DNA of 64,000 nt from Sphingobacteriales bacterium. GTDB taxonomy: Bacteria > Bacteroidota > Bacteroidia > Chitinophagales > Chitinophagaceae. Each line of letters begins with the position of its first letter. The stretch's first letter is position 1. Below, in pieces: positions 1 through 8,670 of the stretch. The stretch covers positions 3,136 through 67,135 of the forward strand of contig JAHEEX010000001.1 of the NCBI GenBank assembly GCA_024640465.1, written 5' to 3'. Below the pieces are notes generated by a model. It saw nothing but the letters and a program-made list of their open reading frames with translations, was not told the DNA's origin and searched no databases. The position numbers and the translations under genes are program-made.

Positions 1-873
1 TTCTATTACATTGATCTCGTCATCTGTCCTCGGCCCATGTTCACTGTTAAATAGTATTCCTCCCGGAGCAGGGGTGGGAAATACCAACCCGTTAGTAGGC
101 GATTTTTGTGTAACCAGCCCCTGAGCATTTCTATGACCTATTGTATAAATATGGCTACGAACACCAGCGAACACCGGATTAGTTGCAGGAATGCTTCCGT
201 CTGTATTGATTCTTAGTGTCTTCCCGGCATACAGGCCATAATTACCTGCAGTTACCTGTGCCGCAGTTGGAACTTTCTGAGAACGGATTTCATTACACCT
301 GTTTCCAAATTGATTATATCCCAGGTCACCGCAGGTATAATAGAGCAGGTTATCAGCGCCAAATATGAGGCGGCCCGAACTATGATCGTTGTTTGCCGGA
401 ATACCCTCGATCAGCACAACTTCATTATTTAATACCGGTACAGGAGTGGAAACGAAATTAAAACGGGATATCCGCAAATTACCTGCACTATATGTATAGG
501 CGATATATATATAATCCTGGCCAGATCCAAATTGCGGGTGTAAAGCCATGCCCATCATTCCATCCTGACCTACACTTGTTGCAACACCACTGCCATTTCT
601 TGCTATAGTCAGATAGGTACCCGATACATGATCTAAAATCAATTGCCGCACACCAGTAGATATATTCACCCGGTAAACCCTGCCAACTTTTTCTGTAACA
701 TATAAAAAATCATCCGGGCCATACAGGATTTCAAATGGATGTGCCAGCCTGAATTTATTGGCCGGAGCGGCAGGCTTCTGGTTTAATTCCATCATTAAAA
801 ATGACTCACCCTGCGACCGGAGCAACTGGGAAAACATGAAAAATGTTGAAATAAGGAGAGCAGTTTTAAACAT
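1..873 (-). CDS. PQQ-dependent sugar dehydrogenase (glucose/sorbosone dehydrogenase family), secreted; 3' end runs off the window
   Basis: Not in the ORF track. Manual translation from ATG 873 is open to position 1: MFKTALLISTFFMFSQLLRSQGE (signal peptide), HPFEILYGPD, GMMGMALHPQF, DHSSGRLIFGADNLLYYTCGD, GHRNAQGL, EHGPRTDDEINV. These are typical GSDH beta-propeller motifs. Confidence 0.85.
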   Translation of the reverse strand, partial: MFKTALLISTFFMFSQLLRSQGESFLMMELNQKPAAPANKFRLAHPFEILYGPDDFLYVTEKVGRVYRVNISTGVRQLILDHVSGTYLTIARNGSGVATSVGQDGMMGMALHPQFGSGQDYIYIAYTYSAGNLRISRFNFVSTPVPVLNNEVVLIEGIPANNDHSSGRLIFGADNLLYYTCGDLGYNQFGNRCNEIRSQKVPTAAQVTAGNYGLYAGKTLRINTDGSIPATNPVFAGVRSHIYTIGHRNAQGLVTQKSPTNGLVFPTPAPGGILFNSEHGPRTDDEINVIE

Positions 874-1246
874 CACAGGCTTATTGAAATGGATGCTTTT
901 TAAAACGAATTAATATTAATGAAAGTATTACCCCGACAATTGATTTATCCGGATTTACAGAAAAATATGCAGGCATTATGTAAACAGAAACTCAACTTAC
1001 CGGCTCCCTCATTGATTACCATGTATCTATAAAATAGTGCGGACATAGCCACTAACAATGAACCGGAAAAATGTATAAAAATATTTCTTCGCATTAAATG
1101 GAAATGACACTAAAAAAGGGAGGTTCCTCAGTGTTTTTACGGCAACGATACGTAGTTTATTTTGTACAAATACGATTGCATAAACCCGCCACCAGTCTTA
1201 TTTTTAACCCATAATCCTATCCATTGAAAAACATATCCGATACTAT

Positions 1247-3529
1247 ATGAAAAAACATTTACCCATTAAACTTTACTGGTGTTTTTGGGTAGCCATGTTG
1301 TATAACGTAAACGGTTATGCGCAAAACATCGACTTTGGGAAAAGCTATGTCAACATCACCAAAGGACTTAATGGTGGAACTATCGAACCTGGTGATACAC
1401 TGGAGATACGATCGGTATTTGTTGTCAGGTCAGGAGTGTATGACAGTTGCTCATATAATGATGTGATCCCCGCCGGCACATCTTTTATCCCTGGAACAAT
1501 AAGAGTACTTACCAATGAAGGAAAGATCTACAAACAATTTACTGATGCGGTCTTTGATGATGAAGGCTGGATCAATGGCGGCAATATCCGCATAAACCTT
1601 GGATTTAACCAGGCAGATGCGCCGGCACGTTCATACCGCAGAGGTCGAATCAGCAACACACACAAGCCCTCATTCTATGGCAGTTCCTGCATCATGGTTG
1701 CTTCTTTCAGGGTGAGGGTTACAGCTCCTTTAGGGAGTATAATCAATACAGGTGGGGGAAATATGACTTACAAAAGTGGCGCAAGTCCGGTGATCTTTTT
1801 TACTTTTCCATTGAACGCCCTTTCTGTTTACACCAACATTGGCATGTGTCCAAACCTCGTTGGTGCAAATGCGATTGGAACTGAATTCAATGGAACTTTC
1901 GGCAGCGGCAAACCCAGAAACCGGGTGGCATCTGCTAATGTACCGCCCAGTTATACTTATCAGATTTTTAATACCGGGACGCCAAATGATTATACCTATG
2001 GTATTGCCAATAATACTTCCACAAGGGTTAATTATACAACACTAAACACCTGGGCAAAGCCAGACAATACATCTCCAACACACCGGGTATTTAATGTGTG
2101 GGATATTATAGGTGATCATACTGGTGCTGTATCTCCAACACTGGGTAATCCGGCTGCCGATACGGTGATCAATAACAATGGCGGATATACGCTGGTGGTT
2201 AACGCCAGTTACAGGATCGACTCTGCCTTTCAACAAACCATTTCCGGTTTATGTCCCAATACGTATTATGAGATTTCCTGCTGGGTAAGAAATATATGTT
2301 CCAAATGCGGATGCGATTCAAATGGAAAAGGCGCAACCAATACGAGTGCAGTTCCGGTACCTTATATACCAACTGTTGCAGGAGCTCCGGGCACTGCTGA
2401 TTCTTCAGGGGTATATCCAAACCTGACTTTTGAAGTTGATGGCCTTGATTATTACACAACCGGAAATATACTTTATTCAGGGCAGTGGGTTAAAAAAGGA
2501 TTTACCTTTCGCACCGGTCCTACGCAGACAAGCTTTGTATTGAAATTCTTTAATAACGCCCCGGGTGGTGGTGGAAACGACTGGGCACTGGATGATATCT
2601 CTGTGGCAACCTGTTACCCGAATCTAACGGTAAACCCTACCCCTTTTTATACTGTTTGCGAAGGAAATGTGGTTGATTTTGGGGCAACTGTCCGATCCTA
2701 TTTTAGCAATTATAACCAGTATAAATGGCAAAGAAGTACCAATGGCGGAGTAAGCTGGAATGATGTAGGAATAAGCGGAACGGGATCACCTGTTGTTGTG
2801 GGCGGTCAATATGAATATTCAGTTTCTTACCCTACATTTATTGCCACCCAGGCTGATAGTGGCCACAGATATAGAATTGTAGTAGCTACTACAATTCCAA
2901 ATCTTAGTGATCCCAATTGTTCTTCGGTAAGTGCTACTGATTTTACGATGATAAATGTTATTAACTGTACTATTTTACCGGTCAAACTGGTTTCATGGAC
3001 CGGGCAGGCAGAAAAAAACCAGGCAAGATTAAGATGGGTAACAGAAGAAGAAGACAACCCCGTTACCTATACTGTGGAAAGAAGTGAGGACGGCATTCAT
3101 TTTTCTGCTTCCGGCATAGTTAAAGGAAGATATGACATGGGAAATTCGAATACCTATTTATATAAAGACCCGGTAGAAATTCAAAAACCTACTTTTTACC
3201 GGCTTATCATCAGTCCGGAACTGGGTCAATCATCTTATAGCAAGGTTATATTATTACAGCCCCAGATAAAAAATTTCCATGCCCAGGTTATTCAAAACCC
3301 TTTCCGGGATAAGCTTCATGTAAATCTGCAAATACCGGTAAAAGGGAAACTTGAAATGAAACTGATAGATATTTCAGGCAGGGTAATTCAGTCAAGGATT
3401 GAGGATATGGAACAAGGTCAGCGGGTGTTGGAATGGAAAATCACGGACAGGATTACGAGTGGTTTATATATCCTGCAGGTAAATTATGGTAACGAACAAA
3501 CAAATATCAAATTGATAAAAGACAAATAA
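1247..3529 (+). CDS. T9SS type A sorting-domain secreted protein, function unknown (DUF11-like N-terminus)
   Basis: Signal peptide; KS...GGTIEPGDTLEI and YNDVIPAGTSFIPGT segments; ILPVKLVSW motif before an Ig-like module; C-terminal QNPF...G+Y.L.V...K..K typical of T9SS CTDs. Confidence 0.8.
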   Translation: MKKHLPIKLYWCFWVAMLYNVNGYAQNIDFGKSYVNITKGLNGGTIEPGDTLEIRSVFVVRSGVYDSCSYNDVIPAGTSFIPGTIRVLTNEGKIYKQFTDAVFDDEGWINGGNIRINLGFNQADAPARSYRRGRISNTHKPSFYGSSCIMVASFRVRVTAPLGSIINTGGGNMTYKSGASPVIFFTFPLNALSVYTNIGMCPNLVGANAIGTEFNGTFGSGKPRNRVASANVPPSYTYQIFNTGTPNDYTYGIANNTSTRVNYTTLNTWAKPDNTSPTHRVFNVWDIIGDHTGAVSPTLGNPAADTVINNNGGYTLVVNASYRIDSAFQQTISGLCPNTYYEISCWVRNICSKCGCDSNGKGATNTSAVPVPYIPTVAGAPGTADSSGVYPNLTFEVDGLDYYTTGNILYSGQWVKKGFTFRTGPTQTSFVLKFFNNAPGGGGNDWALDDISVATCYPNLTVNPTPFYTVCEGNVVDFGATVRSYFSNYNQYKWQRSTNGGVSWNDVGISGTGSPVVVGGQYEYSVSYPTFIATQADSGHRYRIVVATTIPNLSDPNCSSVSATDFTMINVINCTILPVKLVSWTGQAEKNQARLRWVTEEEDNPVTYTVERSEDGIHFSASGIVKGRYDMGNSNTYLYKDPVEIQKPTFYRLIISPELGQSSYSKVILLQPQIKNFHAQVIQNPFRDKLHVNLQIPVKGKLEMKLIDISGRVIQSRIEDMEQGQRVLEWKITDRITSGLYILQVNYGNEQTNIKLIKDK

Positions 3530-3540
3530 ATATACAAACG

Positions 3541-3630
3541 ATGTACCTGCCGGTCACGCAGTATAGTGGCCATTTAATCCGTACCCCGGATAGCAAAGTT
3601 CGAAAGTGCTTATACCTCGCAACTTTGTAA
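3541..3630 (+). ncRNA. candidate structured small RNA or 3' UTR element (three hairpins before a terminator)
   Basis: Stems ggtcac/gtggcc (3552-3571), atccg/cggat (3577-3591) and caaagtt-cga/tcg-c-aactttg (3594-3627), immediately followed by an intrinsic terminator. Confidence 0.4.
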
Positions 3631-3668
3631 AAAGAAAAGCCCCTGGTAGATTGGGGGCTTTCTTTTTA
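3631..3668. terminator. bidirectional rho-independent terminator
   Basis: aaagaaaagcccc-tggtagattg-ggggctttctttt: GC stem with A and T tracts, between convergent genes. Confidence 0.8.
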
Positions 3669-3737
3669 TAATGATGGTAAGTGAAAAATTGGAACTCGTA
3701 TGTAAATCTCCAGAATGCTTATAGTTATTGAATATTA

Positions 3738-4142
3738 TCAGTATTTAAAAAAATGAAAAGGCGAAGGACTGAGTTCATATCCTGTTTCTTCCATTTCAAT
3801 GTTTAATTGAACAGCATTATCAGACTTGACAATGATCTTATCTTTCACCACTTTTTTGTATCCGTCTTTTTGAAAAACCAGTTTGTAAGTGCCGGGACGC
3901 AGGTCATCAATACCAAACTCACCATGAATGTCTGTCTGTAATGTTTTCTCCCTGTAATTATTCTGTAGTATAACAGTGATGGTTACGTCTTTTAGCGGTC
4001 TGTCTGAATTAGCCTGCCGCACACCACCATAAATCATTTCCGGGTCAATGGGTGATATTGGTTTTGCAAATGAACCTGATGCACGGGCAGAACTTATGCC
4101 AAGGAAAAACATTGAACTGTAAAGGAAAATTGACTTTATCAT
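3738..4142 (-). CDS. carboxypeptidase regulatory-like domain protein (secreted)
   Basis: Start moved to ATG 4142 (MIKSIFLYSS, signal peptide), which removes the overlap with the upstream gene. IYGGVRQANSDRPLKDVTIT...TDIHGEFGIDDLRPGTYKLVFQKDGYK matches the CarboxypepD_reg-like pattern. Confidence 0.75.
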   Translation of the reverse strand: MIKSIFLYSSMFFLGISSARASGSFAKPISPIDPEMIYGGVRQANSDRPLKDVTITVILQNNYREKTLQTDIHGEFGIDDLRPGTYKLVFQKDGYKKVVKDKIIVKSDNAVQLNIEMEETGYELSPSPFHFFKY

Positions 4143-4152
4143 ATTCCTGTAT

Positions 4153-5100
4153 TTAAGAATGGGCCAAAGGGTTTTGTAATGCTTCTTCAAATTCTTTCCA
4201 GAGATTACGGATAATAGTTTCTGCGGGTAGTATATCCCTGATCAGGGAACTCACCTGACCAATTTCCAGTTCTCCTTCATCGAGGTTCCCTTCAAACATA
4301 CCTGACTTAGCCCTGCCCCGGCCTAAAATTTGTTGCAATTCTTCTTTGGAAGCACCGCGCATTTCGGCCTCATTAACCAACTCAAAAAATGCATTTTTCA
4401 GCAGTCGAACAGGTACTACTTTCTTTAAGGACAACTGAGTACTCCCCTCTGTTGCATGGATAACAGCATTTTTAAAATTTTGATGTGCACTGGCCTCCTC
4501 ACTGGCAACAAAACGGCTGCCCACCTGAACGCCATCAGCACCCAGGGACATTACAGCAAACATTTGTCGTCCCGTTGCAATTCCACCTGCAGCCAGAATG
4601 GGTATCTTAACCGCATTTCTTACAAGAGGGATCAGCACCAAACTTGTTGTTTCTTCCCTTCCATTATGCCCACCTGCTTCAAAACCCTCAGCTACAACGG
4701 CATCACATCCTGCAGCCTCGGCTTTTTGGGCAAAGACACTGCTGCTCACCACATGAACAACCAAAATACCTTTGTCTTTAAGATGGGATGTCCATGTCTT
4801 AGGATTGCCTGCAGATGTAAAAACGATCTTTACCCCTTCCTCTGTGATCACTTTCATATGCTGGTCGATATCGGGATATAGCAATGGAACATTTACGGCA
4901 AAAGGTTTATCCGTCGCCTGTTTACATTGCCTGATCTGTTCCTTTAATATATGGGGATACATGCTGCCGCTTCCAATGATGCCAAGCCCGCCTGCATTAC
5001 TTACGGCACTGGCCAGCTCCCAGCCGCTTGTCCAGACCATACCAGCCTGAACAATCGGGTATGAAATATTGAATAATTGCGTTATGCGATTCGAAAACAT
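4153..5100 (-). CDS. nitronate monooxygenase / FabK-like flavin oxidoreductase
   Basis: PIVQAGMVW, AVSNAGGLG, AEGFEAGGH, AAGGIATGR and GADGVQVGSRF motifs. Confidence 0.9.
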   Translation of the reverse strand: MFSNRITQLFNISYPIVQAGMVWTSGWELASAVSNAGGLGIIGSGSMYPHILKEQIRQCKQATDKPFAVNVPLLYPDIDQHMKVITEEGVKIVFTSAGNPKTWTSHLKDKGILVVHVVSSSVFAQKAEAAGCDAVVAEGFEAGGHNGREETTSLVLIPLVRNAVKIPILAAGGIATGRQMFAVMSLGADGVQVGSRFVASEEASAHQNFKNAVIHATEGSTQLSLKKVVPVRLLKNAFFELVNEAEMRGASKEELQQILGRGRAKSGMFEGNLDEGELEIGQVSSLIRDILPAETIIRNLWKEFEEALQNPLAHS

Positions 5101-5133
5101 GAGAAAAGTATTGCGTATTGGTTTTTAAATATT

Positions 5134-5209
5134 AGAATGTCGCTCCTCCGGAGCTCAAACACAATAACTCCAAATTTGCTACAAGAATGTCGCTCCTCTG
5201 GAGCTCAAA
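5134..5209. repeat. REP-like doublet (AGAATGTCGCTCCTCYGGAGCTCAAA x2)
   Basis: 26-bp direct copies at 5134-5159 and 5184-5209 (period 50), each containing a GCTCC/GGAGC mini-hairpin. Confidence 0.8.
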
Positions 5210-5353
5210 GGCAAGGAGAAAATAGTACCTCAATAATGCCGGCTCAGAGATGAATACATTAGCTATAAATTTGCTCTCACACCAGGATACGTATCTGACT
5301 TAATTTTCTATACGCTTAACCAACTTGGAAAATATAAAAAAGAATTGAGTATC

Positions 5354-5683
5354 GTTTCCTGGCAGTTTTGTATTTGCCTTCACTTTCGATTTTCGATTTT
5401 CAACTTTCCATTTTTCTTTACCCTAAATCAATCTCCATATATTCCACAATATTCAACGTCTTCGTTCCCTGGCAGTTTTGCATTTGCCTTCACTTTCGAT
5501 TTTCGATTTTCAACTTTCCATTTTTCTTTACCCTAAATCTATCTCCATATATTCCGCAATATTCAACGTCTTCGTGCCCTGACTGTTTTGTATTTGCCTT
5601 CACTTTCGATTTTCGATTTTCAACTTTCCATTTTTCTTTACCCTAAATCAATCTCCGTATTATCTCCAATATTCAATGTCCTC
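5354..5683. repeat. 110-bp tandem repeat x3, including the 3' end of the neighbouring gene
   Basis: Units aligned at 5354, 5464 and 5574, running into the CDS. Each holds a 64-bp heptamer-rich spacer plus a 46-bp copy of the gene tail with its stop codon. Confidence 0.95.
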
Positions 5684-6630
5684 GTTTCCCCTTTTATTTC
5701 CGTATCACTTCCAATTAATGAATCGTGTAATACAACATCATATAGTTTAGAGAAAGATCCAATAATTGAATCTTTAACAATGGAATAATTGATAAAAGTC
5801 TGTTCCCCTATGGCCACATTTGGCCCAATGATGGAGTTTTGAATTTCGCATCCGGGGGCAATACTAACCGGCGGAATGATGATGGTATTTTCAAACTGGT
5901 GATCTTCCGAAATTTCTCCGCCAAATTTTTTGAGCAGGGTTGCATTGCTTTCGAGGAGGCTTTCTTTTTTCCCGCAATCGAACCAGTTTTTTATTTTATA
6001 GGAAGTGAAAGCTGCACCTTCTTTAATCATACACTCCAATGCATCAGTGAGGCTGTATTCATCATAGCTTTTTACACCTTCACGCAAATTATTTTCGAGG
6101 CATTTAAAAAGCATTTGCGTTTCCCTGATTTTATAAATTCCCACCAGGGCCATATTGGATTTTGGAATTTGCGGTTTCTCCACTACCCTCGTAATCTTTG
6201 ATTCTTCATCTATTTCCGCTACACCAAAATTCCTGGGATCATCCACTTTTTTCACACCCAGTACTGAACCCGGTTGAGAAACAAAATCCTGGACATCGTA
6301 TTCACAAATCGTATCACCAAGAACAATAAATACTTCATCATCACCGGCCATTTCCCGGGTCAGAAAAATGGCATGGCCCAGGCCATGTCGATCATTCTGG
6401 TGAACAAAGTGAAAATGAAGGTCGGGATATTTTATTTGTACATAATCCTTGATCTTATCTCCCAGGTATCCAACAATAAGGATGAACTCACTTATACCAC
6501 CTTCCTTAAGCTGATCAATAATGATACTGAGTATGGTTTTCCCTGCCAATGGAATAAGGGCTTTAGGCTGGGTATATGTATGCGGCCTGAGTTTTGTTCC
6601 GGCACCTGCAACAGGAATGATAGCTTTCAT
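5638..6630 (-). CDS. sugar-phosphate nucleotidyltransferase (long-form glucose-1-phosphate thymidylyltransferase-like)
   Basis: MKAIIPVAGAGTKLRPHTYTQPKAL signature, GLGHAI, VVEKP, WFDCG, and a C-terminal hexapeptide-repeat region. Start set at ATG 6630. Confidence 0.9.
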   Translation of the reverse strand: MKAIIPVAGAGTKLRPHTYTQPKALIPLAGKTILSIIIDQLKEGGISEFILIVGYLGDKIKDYVQIKYPDLHFHFVHQNDRHGLGHAIFLTREMAGDDEVFIVLGDTICEYDVQDFVSQPGSVLGVKKVDDPRNFGVAEIDEESKITRVVEKPQIPKSNMALVGIYKIRETQMLFKCLENNLREGVKSYDEYSLTDALECMIKEGAAFTSYKIKNWFDCGKKESLLESNATLLKKFGGEISEDHQFENTIIIPPVSIAPGCEIQNSIIGPNVAIGEQTFINYSIVKDSIIGSFSKLYDVVLHDSLIGSDTEIKGETRTLNIGDNTEIDLG

Positions 6631-6725
6631 CGTGGCAATTGTGTTAATTGAACACATGAAATTAGGTAAAAAAATTATGAACCGGTTACCAACATAAGCC
6701 ACATATCATCTAAGGATCGTTATCC

Positions 6726-6733
6726 TATTTTTG
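6726..6733 (+). promoter_or_regulatory. Bacteroidota primary-sigma -7 box upstream of glyA
   Basis: TATTTTTG matches TAnnTTTG, about 47 nt before the ATG. Confidence 0.55.
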
Positions 6734-6779
6734 GCTTTCCCCCCCGGACAGGTTATTTTTACCAAAATTTTTACCATAC

Positions 6780-8060
6780 ATGCAAAGAGATACATTGATT
6801 TTCAACCTTATCAGGAAGGAACTCGAGCGCCAGCGCAATGGCATTGAACTGATAGCCTCTGAAAACTTTACCTCGGTTCAGGTGATGGAGGCTATGGGTA
6901 CTGTTCCTACCAATAAATATGCAGAAGGATATCCGGGTAAACGATATTATGGCGGCTGTGAAGTAGTGGATGAGATTGAAAATATTGCTATCGACAGGCT
7001 TAAACAGATTTTCCGTGCCAGCTGGGCCAATGTGCAACCGCATAGCGGTGCCCAGGCCAATACTGCGGTTTTCCTGGCCTGTTTGAAACCCGGCGACAAG
7101 ATCCTGGGACTGGATCTTAGCATGGGTGGGCATTTAACGCATGGCAGTCCGGCTAATTTTAGTGGGAAATACTACCAGGCATTATTTTATGGTGTTGACA
7201 GGGAAACCGGCCTGGTTGATTATGAACAACTGGAGAGAACCGCGAGGGCTGAAAAACCCAAAATGATTATTTGCGGAGCTTCAGCGTATAGTCGCGATTG
7301 GGATTATAAGCGGATTCGTGCCGTGGCAGATGAAATTGGTGCCCTGGTGCTGGCAGATATTGCTCATCCGGCTGGTTTAATAGCCAAAGGCGTATTAAAC
7401 GACCCATTTGATCATTGCCATATTGTTACCTCCACAACCCATAAAACACTTCGCGGGCCAAGGGGTGGTGTGATCATGCTGCGTAACGACTTTGAAAATC
7501 CATTTGGCATAAAAGATCCAAAAGGTAATACCCGTCTTATGAGTTCATTACTCGACCTTGCGGTATTTCCCGGTATGCAGGGTGGACCATTGGAACATGT
7601 AATTGCTGCGAAGGCAGTATCCTTTGGAGAAATACTGACAGACGAATTTCTCCAGTACCAGAAACAGGTTCAATTAAATGCCCAGGCCATGGCCAAAGCA
7701 TTTGTAGCCCGCGGATATAATCTCATCAGTGGTGGTACAGATAACCACCTTATGCTGATCGACCTTCGTAATAAAAATATCACCGGGAAAAAAGCCCAGG
7801 AATCACTCGACAAGGCGCATATCACCCTGAATAAAAATTCGGTACCCTTTGACGACAAGAGTCCCTTTATTACTTCGGGTATACGTGTAGGTGTTCCCGC
7901 CATCACTACAAGGGGATTAAAGGAAGCCAATATGGAACCGGTGGTTGACTTAATTGATAAAGTGCTGATGAATGCAGAAGATGAAAATATGATCAGCTCG
8001 GTAAAACAGGAAGTGAAGACTTTAATGGATTTGTTTCCATTGTATCCGGAGTTGGGATAA
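6780..8060 (+). CDS. glyA: serine hydroxymethyltransferase
   Basis: [47 protein letters not shown] (PLP lysine), SGGTDNHL. Confidence 0.98.
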   Translation: MQRDTLIFNLIRKELERQRNGIELIASENFTSVQVMEAMGTVPTNKYAEGYPGKRYYGGCEVVDEIENIAIDRLKQIFRASWANVQPHSGAQANTAVFLACLKPGDKILGLDLSMGGHLTHGSPANFSGKYYQALFYGVDRETGLVDYEQLERTARAEKPKMIICGASAYSRDWDYKRIRAVADEIGALVLADIAHPAGLIAKGVLNDPFDHCHIVTSTTHKTLRGPRGGVIMLRNDFENPFGIKDPKGNTRLMSSLLDLAVFPGMQGGPLEHVIAAKAVSFGEILTDEFLQYQKQVQLNAQAMAKAFVARGYNLISGGTDNHLMLIDLRNKNITGKKAQESLDKAHITLNKNSVPFDDKSPFITSGIRVGVPAITTRGLKEANMEPVVDLIDKVLMNAEDENMISSVKQEVKTLMDLFPLYPELG

Positions 8061-8100
8061 AAGAAAATCGAAAGCCGAAAATCGAAAGTTGAAAATAAAA
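8061..8100 (+). repeat. GAAAATC/GAAAGTT heptamer array directly after the glyA stop
   Basis: aagaaaatcgaaagccgaaaatcgaaagttgaaaat; the same family follows the stops at 5638, 19298 and 25259. Confidence 0.8.
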
Positions 8101-8123
8101 TATAAAATAAAAAACCAACAAGT

Positions 8124-8549
8124 ATGATACAGCGCATTCAATCTATTTGGCTTTTGCTGGCTGGTGTGGCCGGTTTGCTTACATACAAATTACCCCTATG
8201 GCATGGGAAGCTTCAGGATGGTTCGGTTAAAAAATTTATGGGACCAGAGAGCCTGATATTATTCACTTTGATCGTAGTAACATCCATACTGGCTTTTGTA
8301 ACCATTTTTTTATTTAAAAACAGGAGCCAGCAAAAGGGGCTTGCGCTAATTGGCGCATTATTATCAATTGCCATAGTGGGATTGGAATTCTTTTTTGTAG
8401 AAGACTACAAGAAAGGATTAAACCTGGTTGAAAATTCATGGCAGTTGGGTGCAATTCTTCCTGTGCTGATGATCATCCTTTTTTTTATGGCCCGTGCGGG
8501 AATTGTCAAGGATGAGAAATTGGTAAAAAGCCTTGACAGGTTAAGGTAA
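8124..8549 (+). CDS. DUF4293 family membrane protein
   Basis: MIQRIQSIWLLLA start, FLFKNRSQQ, and C-terminal I.KDEKLVKSLDRLR characteristic of this Bacteroidota family. Confidence 0.85.
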   Translation: MIQRIQSIWLLLAGVAGLLTYKLPLWHGKLQDGSVKKFMGPESLILFTLIVVTSILAFVTIFLFKNRSQQKGLALIGALLSIAIVGLEFFFVEDYKKGLNLVENSWQLGAILPVLMIILFFMARAGIVKDEKLVKSLDRLR

Positions 8550-8610
8550 AAATCATACGCTTTTACCCGGTTATCCCTTGCAGTTAGTTTTTATTGAATA
8601 GATTGAGATA

Positions 8611-8651
8611 AATAAAAAGCCGTCGCAGTTTGAATTGCGACGGCTTTATTT
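8611..8651. terminator. bidirectional rho-independent terminator
   Basis: aaagccgtcgca-gtttgaat-tgcgacggcttt, a 12-bp perfect stem between convergent genes. Confidence 0.85.
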
Positions 8652-8670
8652 ATTTTTTTATTTGATTCAA

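Noticed and set aside
5354-5683. Possible CRISPR array or diversity-generating retroelement TR/VR pair
   Set aside because: Units are near-identical over their whole 110 bp with no unique spacers. Differences from the gene tail affect G, C and T as well as A, so they are not adenine-specific. No cas or reverse transcriptase gene is present.
5345-5788. Short ORFs over the tandem repeat (FDFRFSIF-type peptides)
   Set aside because: These are translations of the heptamer repeat strand, not plausible genes.
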